The position numbers and the translations under genes are program-made. Below, one piece after another: positions 36,984 to 46,492 of a stretch of 64,000 bases of DNA (its first letter is position 1; each line of letters begins with the position of its first letter). The stretch is from Candidatus Woesearchaeota archaeon (GTDB lineage Archaea; Nanobdellota; Nanobdellia; Woesearchaeales; J110). Below the pieces are notes generated by a model. It did no database searches. It worked only from the letters and a program-made list of their open reading frames with translations, and was not told the origin of the DNA. Location of the stretch: contig RFJU01000131.1 in the NCBI GenBank assembly GCA_003694805.1, forward strand, positions 7,976 to 71,975, written 5' to 3'.

Positions 36984-38386
36984 ACGTTCCTCGCTTTGTT
37001 TGGGGGCTTGCTGGCGTGGCGGTCGTTGCGTTAGTTTTTGGTGCGAGAGTGTTAATCGGGGCGCCAGTGATTCCTTATCAAGAATCGTACGCTCACCTTC
37101 TTGCTAGTTCAGAGGTGCGCAGTGCAATACCGATGTTAAACGGTTTTTGGGGCGTTCAGCCGTCCATGATTGATGTTCTGCTTGCGTGTTTTCCTTCGGT
37201 CGTGTGGCTCGTTGGCTTTCAGCTGTTATTGGCATTCGTTGCGGGGTGGAGCGCGGGGATTGTTGGTGAGCGAGTGTTGGGCAGAAGTGGTTGGTTGGTT
37301 GGCTTGCTCGCGGTGTGTTCGCCGACCTTCCTTTTTCTTTTTAGCACGATCAACCCGTGGAGCGCGGTGGTTGTGGTCTTCCTCTTTGGCTTGGTACTCC
37401 TTCCTCGTTTTCCTCGTGCGGGGTTGTTGTTGTGGAGTTCGGCGTTCTTGTTTGATATGTGGAGCGGGTTGCTTCTCGTGGGATTGGGTTGTATGATTGG
37501 TTCTTTGCGTGCACAGCTCCCGCGCTTGTTTGGGAGGCGGGACGGTAATGAGCGCGGCTTGGTGGTTTTCTTCCTTGTAAGCTGCGTTGTAAGTTTTGCG
37601 TTGCGCCTCGTCTTCGTGCCTCCTTCATGGCGTGCGCATCTTCTTTCGCTGAAATACGGTGCTGGTGCTTTTTTTCCATTTGTCGAGTTCGGGGTTCAAG
37701 AGGGTGTTTCGTTTATCTTGGTCGTGTTGGGTTTGATTGGCTTTGTTCGTTCTTGGCGAAAGTCTTGGCGATGGGTTGTTCTTCAGGTTGGCGTGGTTGT
37801 TTTGTTCGGTTCGGTCGTGATCTTTGAAGGCGCGAGAATTTTTGCTTGGGTTGTTTTGACGTGTTACGCCGCTCTTGCATTGTCATGGATGGGAAGGCGG
37901 AAGTGGGAATTGCAAGAGGTGCAGCGAGTTTCGCTTTTTATTATTGGTTGTTCGCTGCTCTTGGTTTTTGCTTCTGCTTTGAAGGGTTTTATTTTAGCTA
38001 AGCCTGATAAAGAACTGCTCGAGGGGGTTTCTTTTCTTAGTTCCGGGTGGAGTGACGGGATTCTTGCCCACCCTGCTGACGCCCCTTTCGTTGCATTCTC
38101 TACTGGGAAGAAGGTGTTTTTGCTTCATACTCTGCCGTTGGACGATGATTTGCAAGAGAGGGTTCGTGCCTTGCGGGCGATATGGCTGGGGCGGGATTTG
38201 AACACGACGCTATCTTTGCTCAATCGTTACGACATCAGGTTCATTATAGTGACGCCGGAAATGAGAGATGGCGCTGTTTGGGAGCGAGACGAGGAGGGTT
38301 TGCTCTTCTTCCTTGAGCATAGCGAAAGGTTTATTAACGTAAATCCGGACCTGCGTGTTGAGATTTGGCGAGTTATTCAAAAATGA
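36980..38386 (+). CDS. GT-C fold polytopic membrane glycosyltransferase-like protein (second of tandem paralogs)
   Basis: Overlaps the previous stop (ATGA). It has a similar topology and a similar C-terminal soluble domain. Confidence 0.5.
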   Translation: MNVPRFVWGLAGVAVVALVFGARVLIGAPVIPYQESYAHLLASSEVRSAIPMLNGFWGVQPSMIDVLLACFPSVVWLVGFQLLLAFVAGWSAGIVGERVLGRSGWLVGLLAVCSPTFLFLFSTINPWSAVVVVFLFGLVLLPRFPRAGLLLWSSAFLFDMWSGLLLVGLGCMIGSLRAQLPRLFGRRDGNERGLVVFFLVSCVVSFALRLVFVPPSWRAHLLSLKYGAGAFFPFVEFGVQEGVSFILVVLGLIGFVRSWRKSWRWVVLQVGVVVLFGSVVIFEGARIFAWVVLTCYAALALSWMGRRKWELQEVQRVSLFIIGCSLLLVFASALKGFILAKPDKELLEGVSFLSSGWSDGILAHPADAPFVAFSTGKKVFLLHTLPLDDDLQERVRALRAIWLGRDLNTTLSLLNRYDIRFIIVTPEMRDGAVWERDEEGLLFFLEHSERFINVNPDLRVEIWRVIQK

Positions 38387-39621
38387 ATTTTGGCGATGCG
38401 CTCTCGTACACTTCGTCTTTTTTTGGGTTGTACACGTTGATTTTTGTTTTTCTGACGAGTTTGGAGGACGAAGCGGTTCGCAGAGAAAAAGTGTGGAAGA
38501 AGCTTCCGAGAGTTTGTATTGCTGTTCCTTGCTTTAATGAGGAGAAGCGGGTGGGCAGAACGCTTGAGTCCTTGCTTGCTTTAGATTACCCGAAGGACAA
38601 GTTGGAGATCATCGCGGTTGATGACGGGAGCACCGATGGGACGTTGAAGGTGTTGAAACAATTTGAAAAAAGAGGCGTTCGGGTGGTGCACAAAGAGAAC
38701 GGGGGGAAGCACACTGCTCTCAACGTTGCTTTGAGAATGACTTCTGCAGAGTTCTTTGGCGGGTTGGACGCGGATTCTGTAGTTGATCCTAAGGCGTTGA
38801 GAAGAATTTTGCGCAGGTTTTATGCTGATTATGTTATGGCAGTCACGCCGGCCATGAAGATTGAGTCGCCGAATTCTATTTTGCGAAAGGTTCAAAGTGT
38901 TGAGTTTATTGTTGGCATTTTGCTTCGTGAAATATTCACCAAGCTTGGCAGTCAGCATGTAACGCCCGGGCCTTTCACGATTTATCGAAGGGACTTTTTT
39001 GAGAAGTTCGGTCCGTTCAAGAAGGCGCATCTCACCGAGGACATTGAGATTGCTTTGCGCATTCAAAAAAATAATTTTTTTATTGAGAACGCGGTCGATG
39101 CGTACGTGTTCACGCACGGCCCTGCCAAGTTCGCACCGCTTTTCAGGCAGCGATTGCGGTGGTTTTATGGTTATTTGAGTAACGTCCTAGATTATTTTGA
39201 CTTATTAAATCCGAAGAAGTTCGGAAACTTGGGTTTTTTTGTCCTTCCTCAATCGTTTCTTTTTATTGGCTTAATTATCTTAGCTATCGCGTATACAGGC
39301 TTTCGTTTTGTGAAGAACAGCTACACGCAGCTCTTGAATGCGATCGCGGTTCATTTTGACGTGTTGAGGTTGATTCGTTTTAATTTTGAGTGGTTTTTTG
39401 TGAATACGAAGCCGACTATGATTCTTTCCTTGTTTACTTTGGCCGGTTCGTTTTGTATTTTCTTGTTTGCAAGGTTGCTCTCGAGGGATCGAAGACGAAT
39501 AGGCTTTGATTATGCATTGTTTCTTTTGTTGTATTGGTTTTTGTTTGGGTTGTGGTGGGCTGTTGCCGTCTGGCGCAAAGTGTTTCGAATGCCAATCATG
39601 TGGAGTGAAAAGCAGGATTGA
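38383..39621 (+). CDS. Family-2 processive beta-glycosyltransferase (cellulose/chitin/PNAG-synthase-like)
   Basis: Two N-terminal TM segments, then DDGSTDGT and DADSVV (DxD), and QRLRW (Q(Q/R)xRW), followed by C-terminal TM segments. ATGA overlap with the previous gene. Confidence 0.8.
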   Translation: MNFGDALSYTSSFFGLYTLIFVFLTSLEDEAVRREKVWKKLPRVCIAVPCFNEEKRVGRTLESLLALDYPKDKLEIIAVDDGSTDGTLKVLKQFEKRGVRVVHKENGGKHTALNVALRMTSAEFFGGLDADSVVDPKALRRILRRFYADYVMAVTPAMKIESPNSILRKVQSVEFIVGILLREIFTKLGSQHVTPGPFTIYRRDFFEKFGPFKKAHLTEDIEIALRIQKNNFFIENAVDAYVFTHGPAKFAPLFRQRLRWFYGYLSNVLDYFDLLNPKKFGNLGFFVLPQSFLFIGLIILAIAYTGFRFVKNSYTQLLNAIAVHFDVLRLIRFNFEWFFVNTKPTMILSLFTLAGSFCIFLFARLLSRDRRRIGFDYALFLLLYWFLFGLWWAVAVWRKVFRMPIMWSEKQD

Positions 39622-39774
39622 AGGAACGGTTCTCGTTTCGGGGAGCTGGGGCTTGCCGGGTTTTGCTGCCTTCTTCGTTGTTTCATGTTGTGGCACGGTG
39701 GTTTCAGAAAAAGAGTTATCTCGTTTCATCTTTCATAAAGGGTACGAAGCGTGTTTGTTTCGGAGGTGAATAGT

Positions 39775-40371
39775 ATGAACAGTTATGTGAACAATGGCAG
39801 AACCGCTAGAAACGCTAAGGCGGGTAAGGGAGGCGCTACGTTCTTTGCCTTGGCCTTGGTGGGTTTGGTTGTATTGGGTGGCGTTGCACTAGCGCATCCT
39901 TGGGGGTTCGCTCGTGGTGGCGCTGACAGCAACGAGTGGGGCGCGGGTGCCAGAAGTGATGTGCCTGAGTGGCAAGAGCGCCTGCACAATGTGTTATCGT
40001 CTGGAACCTTTGATGAGTTGGAAGCCCTGCGAAGTGAAGCAGGGGTTCCGCTCATGCCAAGAATTGAAGACGCTGAGGATTTTGCTCTCTTTCAGGAGCG
40101 CTTGAAGGAGCGAGAGGCTTGGCAGAGCCAGATGGATGCGCTCGCGTCTTATGATGACCTTGTCGAGTTAAGGGCGTCTAGCGGGAGGACAGTCTTGCCT
40201 TGGGTTTCCTCGGAGGAAGACTTTGCTGAGTGGAAAGAACATCATGAGGCAATGGAGGGTCTGATGGAAAGCCATGGTGTTCTCGGCGGTTTCGGGAGGC
40301 GAGGCGGTTTCGGCGTTGGCAAAGGGCTCGGAAGAGGCTTCGGAATGGGTGCGGGGTGTCCTTGGCACTAA
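39775..40371 (+). CDS. Secreted hypothetical protein with internal repeats and Gly-rich C-terminus
   Basis: GGAGGTGA SD before ATG 39775, and a signal/TM FFALALVGLVVLGGVALA. Two ~40-aa repeats share (F/L)(D/V)EL(E/R)A(L/S)(R/S)S...EEDFAxW. The tail is GGFGRRGGFGVGKGLGRGFGMGAG. Confidence 0.45.
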   Translation: MNSYVNNGRTARNAKAGKGGATFFALALVGLVVLGGVALAHPWGFARGGADSNEWGAGARSDVPEWQERLHNVLSSGTFDELEALRSEAGVPLMPRIEDAEDFALFQERLKEREAWQSQMDALASYDDLVELRASSGRTVLPWVSSEEDFAEWKEHHEAMEGLMESHGVLGGFGRRGGFGVGKGLGRGFGMGAGCPWH

Positions 40372-40539
40372 GCGCTGAACGATACTTTTCTTTTTGTTTT
40401 TTTTATTATTAGCGGTGGTTTTCAGGAAAGATTTTAAAAAAGCGGCTTGCTTTTCGTAGTTGTTGATATGAATTGGTTGTTCAAACGTGGCTTAAAGCGT
40501 TTATAAGATCGCTTATCATTGATGGAAAGGTGATTGTGT

Positions 40540-40764
40540 ATGCAAATGATGATGTATCGTCCATTTTTCCCGTTCGGCATTGTGTTTCAGCTAGGGATCT
40601 TACTTGCGTTCCTTGCCATCCTCTGGTGGCTGTTGAAAGGAGGTGGCGGTCGAGAGGAGAGTGCTAGAGCGGTGTTGGATAGGCGATTGGCTGCTGGCGA
40701 GATTTCAAAAAAAGAGTATAAGGAGTTGCGCAAGCTGATTGAAGACGGCGAAGGCGGCAAGTAA
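40540..40764 (+). CDS. Small membrane protein with SHOCT domain
   Basis: TM FGIVFQLGILLAFLAILWWLL, then LDRRLAAGEISKKEYKELRKLI. AAAGGTGA SD. Confidence 0.5.
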   Translation: MQMMMYRPFFPFGIVFQLGILLAFLAILWWLLKGGGGREESARAVLDRRLAAGEISKKEYKELRKLIEDGEGGK

Positions 40765-40777
40765 GGGTTGTTTAAGG

Positions 40778-41191
40778 ATGGAGATTGAGCCCAAGCGGTT
40801 GATTGTCGGGATGACGTTGGTGTTCTTACTTGGCATATCCTTCGCTATAGTGAACGGGTTTTACGTCCAATCGTCTGGGGAAGCGTTGCCTCTCGTTGTA
40901 TACGGGCTTGCGTTTTTGTCCTTGCTGGTCGGGGCGTCAGTCATGCTGTTATTTCAATGGAAGATTAACAAGGCGCAGGTGTTTCGTCTTGTTAAGCTCT
41001 TGCCTCCGGAAGAGCGAGTGATTGTGAAGATTCTCCTTGAGCATAATAACCGTCTTGAGCAGAATTATGTTGTGGCTTTGTCAGGTCTTTCAAAGGTGAA
41101 GGTTTCGAGAATTCTTGCTCGCTTAAGCGAGCGGGGCGTTGTTGAGAAGAAACCGTTGGGCAATACCAACTTGGTTGTTCTCAAAGTGTGA
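40778..41191 (+). CDS. Membrane-anchored winged-HTH (MarR-like) regulator
   Basis: Two TM helices followed by a C-terminal wHTH (ALSGLSKVKVSRILARLSERGVVEKKPLGN). Confidence 0.5.
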   Translation: MEIEPKRLIVGMTLVFLLGISFAIVNGFYVQSSGEALPLVVYGLAFLSLLVGASVMLLFQWKINKAQVFRLVKLLPPEERVIVKILLEHNNRLEQNYVVALSGLSKVKVSRILARLSERGVVEKKPLGNTNLVVLKV

Positions 41192-41211
41192 GCGGGGCTT
41201 GATTTTTGCTT

Positions 41212-41808
41212 CTATTCCTCAGTGAACTCCTCAACAGGGTAGTTGAACGCGCCTTTTTGGATGAGCCCTCGCTGTTCCATGTACAGCTTGCACAGCAGCC
41301 AAAAGACGAGGCCCAGACTTTTTTTGCCTTTGTTATTGCAGGGAACGACGAGGTCGACGTTGTTGACTTGATTATTCGTGTCGCACAGGGCAATAACAGG
41401 GACGCCGGTCTTAAGGGCGTCCTTGACGGCGTTTCTGTCCGGCCACGTGTCCGCGACGAGAATGATTTTGACTTCACGGAATATTTTGAGGTTGGGGTTC
41501 GTGAGGAGGCCGGGGGGGTAGCGGCCTGCAAAGTAGTGGCAGCCGGTGAGTTCGCCGAACCGCTTGACTGGCTTCCAGCCGTTTTCTCTTCTGCAAACGA
41601 CCATGATGTCTTCGGGTGCGTAGTGGGAGAGGAGGTTTGCTGCGAGGCGGATGCGCTTGTCAATTTCGGTGATGTTGAGGACTGAGAGGCCGTCAGGACG
41701 GGTTTTATAGATGAAGTTGTTCATGTGTTTTGTTTTGAACTTCGTGCCTATTTGTATGCCGCTCTTGAGGTATTCTTCGTTGGGGATGAGGAGTTCTTGG
41801 TCGGTCAT
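41212..41808 (-). CDS. rps2: 30S ribosomal protein S2 (uS2)
   Basis: MTDQELLIPNEEYLKSGIQIGTKFKTKHMNNFIYKTRPDGLSVLN...ALCDTN. GGAGG SD. Confidence 0.9.
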   Translation of the reverse strand: MTDQELLIPNEEYLKSGIQIGTKFKTKHMNNFIYKTRPDGLSVLNITEIDKRIRLAANLLSHYAPEDIMVVCRRENGWKPVKRFGELTGCHYFAGRYPPGLLTNPNLKIFREVKIILVADTWPDRNAVKDALKTGVPVIALCDTNNQVNNVDLVVPCNNKGKKSLGLVFWLLCKLYMEQRGLIQKGAFNYPVEEFTEE

Positions 41809-42015
41809 TGTCTTGTTGCCTCCTGTTTTTCTTCGTTTTTCACGTTTTTCAAAGTGGTTTTCAAACGTGGCGTGTTCGGAAGCTTCTTTGGGAAGAAGGT
41901 CTTCCGCCGTTATTATTACCTCCGGCGCCGCGCACGCTTATGCGTGAACGGCTTGGTCCTCCAGCCTTCTTCGGAGTCCAAGCGAGGTTCTGGCGTGAAT
42001 GGAAACGAGAGGTAT

Positions 42016-42618
42016 TTATAAGCGTTGTTGTTGCAGCTGCTCGTCCTCGCCGTTCTCTTGCGTTGTGTGTTTTCGTGCTCGGGTTTTGGTGAGGGGGAAC
42101 GTCGCGAGGGGGAGGTATTCCGGACCTCGTGGCGTGAGCGTGCTTTGGAAGAGGTGGAACGCATCTACGTCGAAGGTGAGCGGCTTGACGCGTCCTCCAT
42201 GCCATTCGTGAAGGCCCTTGTGGCGCTTGATAACAACGGCGCGAGCTAAGGTAAGGTGGGGGTGGAAGGGCCTGTCTTCTTTGAGGTTCACTGCTTGTGC
42301 CACCTCATTTTGAAGCTTGGAGAGCTGGGCGGACGGAACGATGCCCAGCCAGAAAACGGCCGGCTTGCCTCCTCGCTTGAAAAATCCTCGATGAGACGTG
42401 GTGAGGGTAAAGGGTTCTTGATGTATTCGTTGCAGGGAAGAAATGAGCGTTGGTAGCTCGTCCTTGTTCTTCTCGCCGAGGAAGGCGAGCGTGAGATGTG
42501 CTTTTTTGACTTGAGGGTAGCGGAGAACAGCCCCTTCTACCGAGGCCAGCTTTGCTTGTTCATTGTGTAGGAGTTGTTGAACAGTTTTTGGTAGGGTGAT
42601 GGCTACGAAGAGGCGCAT
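42016..42618 (-). CDS. RNA 2',3'-cyclic phosphodiesterase (LigT/ThpR, 2H family)
   Basis: Two H-x-T-x motifs: HLTLAFLG and HPHLTLARA. Confidence 0.75.
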   Translation of the reverse strand: MRLFVAITLPKTVQQLLHNEQAKLASVEGAVLRYPQVKKAHLTLAFLGEKNKDELPTLISSLQRIHQEPFTLTTSHRGFFKRGGKPAVFWLGIVPSAQLSKLQNEVAQAVNLKEDRPFHPHLTLARAVVIKRHKGLHEWHGGRVKPLTFDVDAFHLFQSTLTPRGPEYLPLATFPLTKTRARKHTTQENGEDEQLQQQRL

Positions 42619-42801
42619 GGAACGGTTTCTTCCGGGTGGCTGAGCAGTTGTTTGTTGGCTTGCTTGCCAAGGCCCTCACGTGAGGACTCGTTGTGGCCGC
42701 CCTTCCTGTGTGGTAAGGTTGGACTGGTTGATGTTGCCAGCTAGTAGGGGAGTGGCCTTCCTTTCTCTCAGAGGAGTTCGAAGAGAGTGTGGAGTGTTGC
42801 T

Positions 42802-43266
42802 TCACTCCTTTTTTTCTTCCGCGTCTTCGGGTGCGGGCACTTCTTCGTCTTCTGCCTCGTCTTGTTTTTCTTGTTCAGACTGCTCGGGTTCGTCTGCGTC
42901 TTCAACGTCTTCGTTGGTGGCAGGTTTTTCGTCTTCAGCGTCTTCTTCCCCGAAGTTTTCACTATCTAAGTGTTCCTGCGGGTCGAAGTCTTCTTCCGGC
43001 TCTTCTTGTGCGGGTTGTTGCTGTTCCTGCTTGGTTTCGCGTTGTTCAGCAGGCCCGAGTACTTCTGTGAAGGCTAAGCTCTTGAGAACGCGCGTGACTT
43101 TGACTTTGACCGAGTCGCCTTGTTTGGCCCCCGGCACGATGAGGACAAAGCCTTCCTTTTTGGCTATGCCGTCGCCTTTCTCGCCGACTGCTTCTATCGT
43201 TACATCTAACTCGTCGCCCTCCCTGACGGGAGCTGCTGGTCTATCGAATCGTTGGTTTCGCATCAT
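42802..43266 (-). CDS. TRAM-domain protein with long acidic C-terminal tail
   Basis: DVTIEAVGEKGDGIAKKEGFVLIVPGAKQGDSVKVKVTRV is a TRAM domain, followed by ~70 aa of E/D/Q-rich tail. Confidence 0.65.
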   Translation of the reverse strand: MMRNQRFDRPAAPVREGDELDVTIEAVGEKGDGIAKKEGFVLIVPGAKQGDSVKVKVTRVLKSLAFTEVLGPAEQRETKQEQQQPAQEEPEEDFDPQEHLDSENFGEEDAEDEKPATNEDVEDADEPEQSEQEKQDEAEDEEVPAPEDAEEKKE

Positions 43267-43457
43267 AGCTTTCTATTCTCCTATCTTCTTTGTAGTGCGT
43301 CTTCCTCTTCTTTGTGAGAAAAAGAGGATTTTACGCTTTGCAAGCCGCAAGAAAGCAGACTATTTAAAACTTGTTGAAAAAAACATGGAAAAAAAATATT
43401 TGCGGCTTTTCTTGCTAAGTCGCTCCCTTGCAAACAAGCGAGGGCCTTGTACGAGTT

Positions 43458-44435
43458 TTAAACGTCTTCTATGCCTTTATCTGTTATTTTGAAGACGCAT
43501 TCGGTGTCTGCAAGGTTGGGTGCGTCAATGAGTTTGGCCACGCGCGTGCCTTTCTTGCCTCTTCGCAAGTAGATGCGGAACGTGCTGTTGTGGGCGACGA
43601 TGTTGCCACCGATGGCTTCTGTCGGGTCGCCGAAGAACTGGTCTGGTTTGTGCATGACTTGATTCGTGACGTAGACGCATAAGTTGTGTTTGTCTGCGAT
43701 TTTGCTGAGCGTGTGCATGTGCTTGTTGAGTTTTTGTTGGCGTTCAGCCAATGTTCCTCTTCCCACGAATTCGGCTCTGAAATGTGCCGTGAGGGAGTCG
43801 ACAATGACGACGCGGACGTTGTTTCCTTGCGCGATGACGTCTTCTATTTTTTCTGCGAGAAGCATTTGATGGTCTGAATTGAATGCCCTTGCTACTTTGA
43901 TGTGTTGAAGAACGTCGTCAGGATCGAGGCCGTGGCCTTGGGCGATTTGCACCGCGCGTTCCGGCCTGAACGTGTTTTCCGTGTCTATGTAGACCGCTAC
44001 GCTTCCGGGTGCTTGTTTTTGGACGAGGACTGCGAGCACGTGTCCGATTTGTGTTTTGCTTGAGCCGTAGGCGCCGAAGCACTCCGTAATGGCTCCTGTT
44101 TCAAAGCCGCCGGCGAGCATGTCGTCGAATGCTTTAGAGCCGACGCTGATTTTCAGGACGGATTCGCGTTTTCTGAGCAGGTCGATGCCTGACTGAAACC
44201 CCATATCAAGGGAGTCTCGTGCTGAGTTAATCATTTTGCGAGCTGCTGCTTCAGTTACGCCTGCTGCGCTGACGAGTTCTCCGGGCGTCGCGACGGCGAT
44301 GGACATGACATCTGAGAACCCTGCGCTGACGAGTTTTTCAGCTGTCGCCGCTCCGACACCGGGGAGGTCTTCGATAAGGAGTTCTTTTTTTGTTTCCATG
44401 ACTATTGCTTCTTGTTTTGTTGGCACAGGTTTCAC
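43458..44435 (-). CDS. radA: DNA repair and recombination protein RadA
   Basis: An N-terminal HhH domain ([12 protein letters not shown]) plus a RecA core ([12 protein letters not shown]). TATA 'aatatttttaaac' lies ~35 nt upstream. Confidence 0.95.
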   Translation of the reverse strand: MKPVPTKQEAIVMETKKELLIEDLPGVGAATAEKLVSAGFSDVMSIAVATPGELVSAAGVTEAAARKMINSARDSLDMGFQSGIDLLRKRESVLKISVGSKAFDDMLAGGFETGAITECFGAYGSSKTQIGHVLAVLVQKQAPGSVAVYIDTENTFRPERAVQIAQGHGLDPDDVLQHIKVARAFNSDHQMLLAEKIEDVIAQGNNVRVVIVDSLTAHFRAEFVGRGTLAERQQKLNKHMHTLSKIADKHNLCVYVTNQVMHKPDQFFGDPTEAIGGNIVAHNSTFRIYLRRGKKGTRVAKLIDAPNLADTECVFKITDKGIEDV

Positions 44436-44533
44436 CTCGGGAGTTGTTCTTTGTTTAAAAATATTGGTTTAAAAAAAATAAAACAAAAGAGAATGCCTGC
44501 GTGGCTGCAAGCGTGGCTGCTACGCCTGGCAGA

Positions 44534-44806
44534 TTATGCCACGCCTTCCTCTTTTTGGAGGGCGAGGTACTCATATGCTTTTTGGAGGACGAGCGCTGCT
44601 CGGGGCAGGTCGTTGACGCGCAGAGAGTTTGTGGTTTTCCACATGTCGTTCTTGTCTTTGTAGCTACGTTCGAAGGTCACGGTTGAGTACTCTGTCACGT
44701 TCCCGTTTGTATCGTTGGTTTCGTTGCGCCACACAGTGGCTGTTAATGCGCCCGATCGAAATTTCTTGACGGGCTGGTTTTTTTGGTGGTGTTTGGTTTC
44801 ATTCAT
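44534..44806 (-). CDS. Hypothetical protein (90 aa)
   Basis: Clean ORF upstream of radA with a beta-rich N-terminal half. No motif recognised. Confidence 0.3.
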   Translation of the reverse strand: MNETKHHQKNQPVKKFRSGALTATVWRNETNDTNGNVTEYSTVTFERSYKDKNDMWKTTNSLRVNDLPRAALVLQKAYEYLALQKEEGVA

Positions 44807-45259
44807 GTTGTTCTCCCTCCTTCTTCCTTTCGGTTCTTCTTTCAGCCCACGATCGGCGAGCGCGTTGGGTGTTCGGCTTGCCTCTCCATCACGACGTGCG
44901 GGTTAGGCGCGCCTTTCGCGTCGTCTTCGTGGGTGAAGGAGTGTGTTGGCAGGTGCGGATGGTGGTGTGCATCCGCGATGCTGCCTTTTTGGAAATTCTT
45001 TTTCGGGGGTGTTCGCCACGGCGTCGCGAAACAGTGGTGCGTTCAGCGCCGCTCGCGGCTATCGAAAGAAGGAGTGGTCGGGAGGCTATTTATACGCCAC
45101 GGGAGCGTGCCCAGTGTGTCCAGTGCGGCCTTTGCTGTTTCTCCGCAGTGCCTTCTACACTCCGTGGAGACCTTGTTTGGAGAAGGTGTGCTTGAGCGCG
45201 AAGGAAACCCAAAAGGGAGAGGTTATTTTTGGCCCTTCAGTGAGCGTGTCTGCCGCGTG

Positions 45260-45625
45260 TCAGCCCTCTGTGCCGGTGCGTTGCTCCCGCATTGCTTGCT
45301 CAAGGAGTAGCTTTTCAATTCCTTGGCGAACGCTGGGGGGCATCTTGTCACCGTTTTTTTCGAGTGCTCGGAGGGCGAGGAGTTGTTCAAGGCCAACAGG
45401 GATGCAGACGGCGTTGGGATTGAGGGACGCGCCGGCTCCTGCAGCGGCGCCGCCCTGGAGCGCAACTGCGTGTATGTCTTCAGCTCCCCCGTAAATAATA
45501 ACGTTGGTCGCCTCGCTTCGATCGCAGAAGATGTAGCATTGATCCTGGTAGAAGAGGAGGGAAGGGTTGCTTTCTTTTGGGCCGTCTTTTGCTGCGTCGT
45601 AGGGTCTGATGTAGTGTCGCTCCAT
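45260..45625 (-). CDS. Hypothetical protein (121 aa)
   Basis: The helical C-terminal part looks protein-like. The competing plus-strand ORF 45323..45757 looks like junk. Confidence 0.3.
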   Translation of the reverse strand: MERHYIRPYDAAKDGPKESNPSLLFYQDQCYIFCDRSEATNVIIYGGAEDIHAVALQGGAAAGAGASLNPNAVCIPVGLEQLLALRALEKNGDKMPPSVRQGIEKLLLEQAMREQRTGTEG

Positions 45626-45814
45626 TTGTTGCCAGGGGTTGCCGCTCGGGTTTGGTTGCTGTTGTGTCTTGGCGCCTTTGAGGTAGGTACTAGCGTTTCT
45701 TCGTGCTTTTCCTATTTATATTTTTCTCCTCGTTGTACTTGTTCGGCCTTAAACTGACGCTTTTCTGGAGTGGGGTGTGGACGGGTTGATCAGTCAGTAG
45801 AAGAGGGGTGGTTT

Positions 45815-46378
45815 TCAAGAGGTGTGGTGGCGTTTCCACTTGATGCTGCAGCCTTGGCTGGGAAGGAAGGGTTTGGTTACCTTGCCTTTTGCGAGGAGTT
45901 CTTGGATTGCTTCGTCCATGTCGTGCTGTCTGGGGACCTGGCCGGGGCTGAGTGCGTCATCGATTCTGCCGTGCCACGCCAGTTTTTTTGCTCGATCAAG
46001 CAGGAAGGGGTCCGGGGTGCAGACGGCGCCGTACGCTCGCGCAACGTCTTGGGTTTCGTCAAAGAGGTAGGGGAAGTTCAGAGCGTGTGCGCGGGCAAAC
46101 CGCTGCATGTTATCGAAGCTGTCGTCTGGGACGATGCCTGGGTCGTTGCTGTTGATGCCGATGAGGAGGACGCCTTTATCCTTGTACGTATCTTGGAGGG
46201 TTTTGAGGGTTTCGATTTTGGGGAGGACGTAGGGGCAGTGGTTGCAGATGAAGATGATGAGGAACGCGTTGCCTTCGAGCTCGCTGAGCGTGTAGGTTTT
46301 TCCGTCGACGCCTTTGAGGGAGAAGTCCGGTGCCTTCTCGCCGATGGCAAGTTTTTGTTGCGATTGGAGGAGTACCAT
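45815..46378 (-). CDS. Thioredoxin-fold redoxin (TlpA/AhpC-TSA-like thiol-disulfide oxidoreductase)
   Basis: [36 protein letters not shown] carries the CxxC motif on a typical redoxin fold. Confidence 0.7.
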   Translation of the reverse strand: MVLLQSQQKLAIGEKAPDFSLKGVDGKTYTLSELEGNAFLIIFICNHCPYVLPKIETLKTLQDTYKDKGVLLIGINSNDPGIVPDDSFDNMQRFARAHALNFPYLFDETQDVARAYGAVCTPDPFLLDRAKKLAWHGRIDDALSPGQVPRQHDMDEAIQELLAKGKVTKPFLPSQGCSIKWKRHHTS

Positions 46379-46492
46379 GGTAGCAAGCAGGTTGTGTCGT
46401 TCTGGTCCTTGCTGGCCGTGGTGTTTAATAAAGGTTTCCCAGGCGCCGCGGGAGAAACATTTATAAACCCTTTTTGTTGGTCTCGTCTTGTA

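Noticed and set aside
45323-45757. Plus-strand ORF 45323..45757 competing with minus-strand 45260..45625
   Set aside because: The plus-strand translation is Cys/Ser/Val-rich and junk-like. The minus-strand product has a plausible helical C-terminus, but both remain low confidence.
45770-46492. First 241 codons of the 2082-aa track ORF (N-terminal extension of the giant Cys-rich protein)
   Set aside because: It is antisense to a well-supported redoxin gene (45815..46378, CxxC fold). It has no signal peptide, whereas an ATG at 46493 gives a classic signal anchor. The extension looks like a GC-driven open frame.
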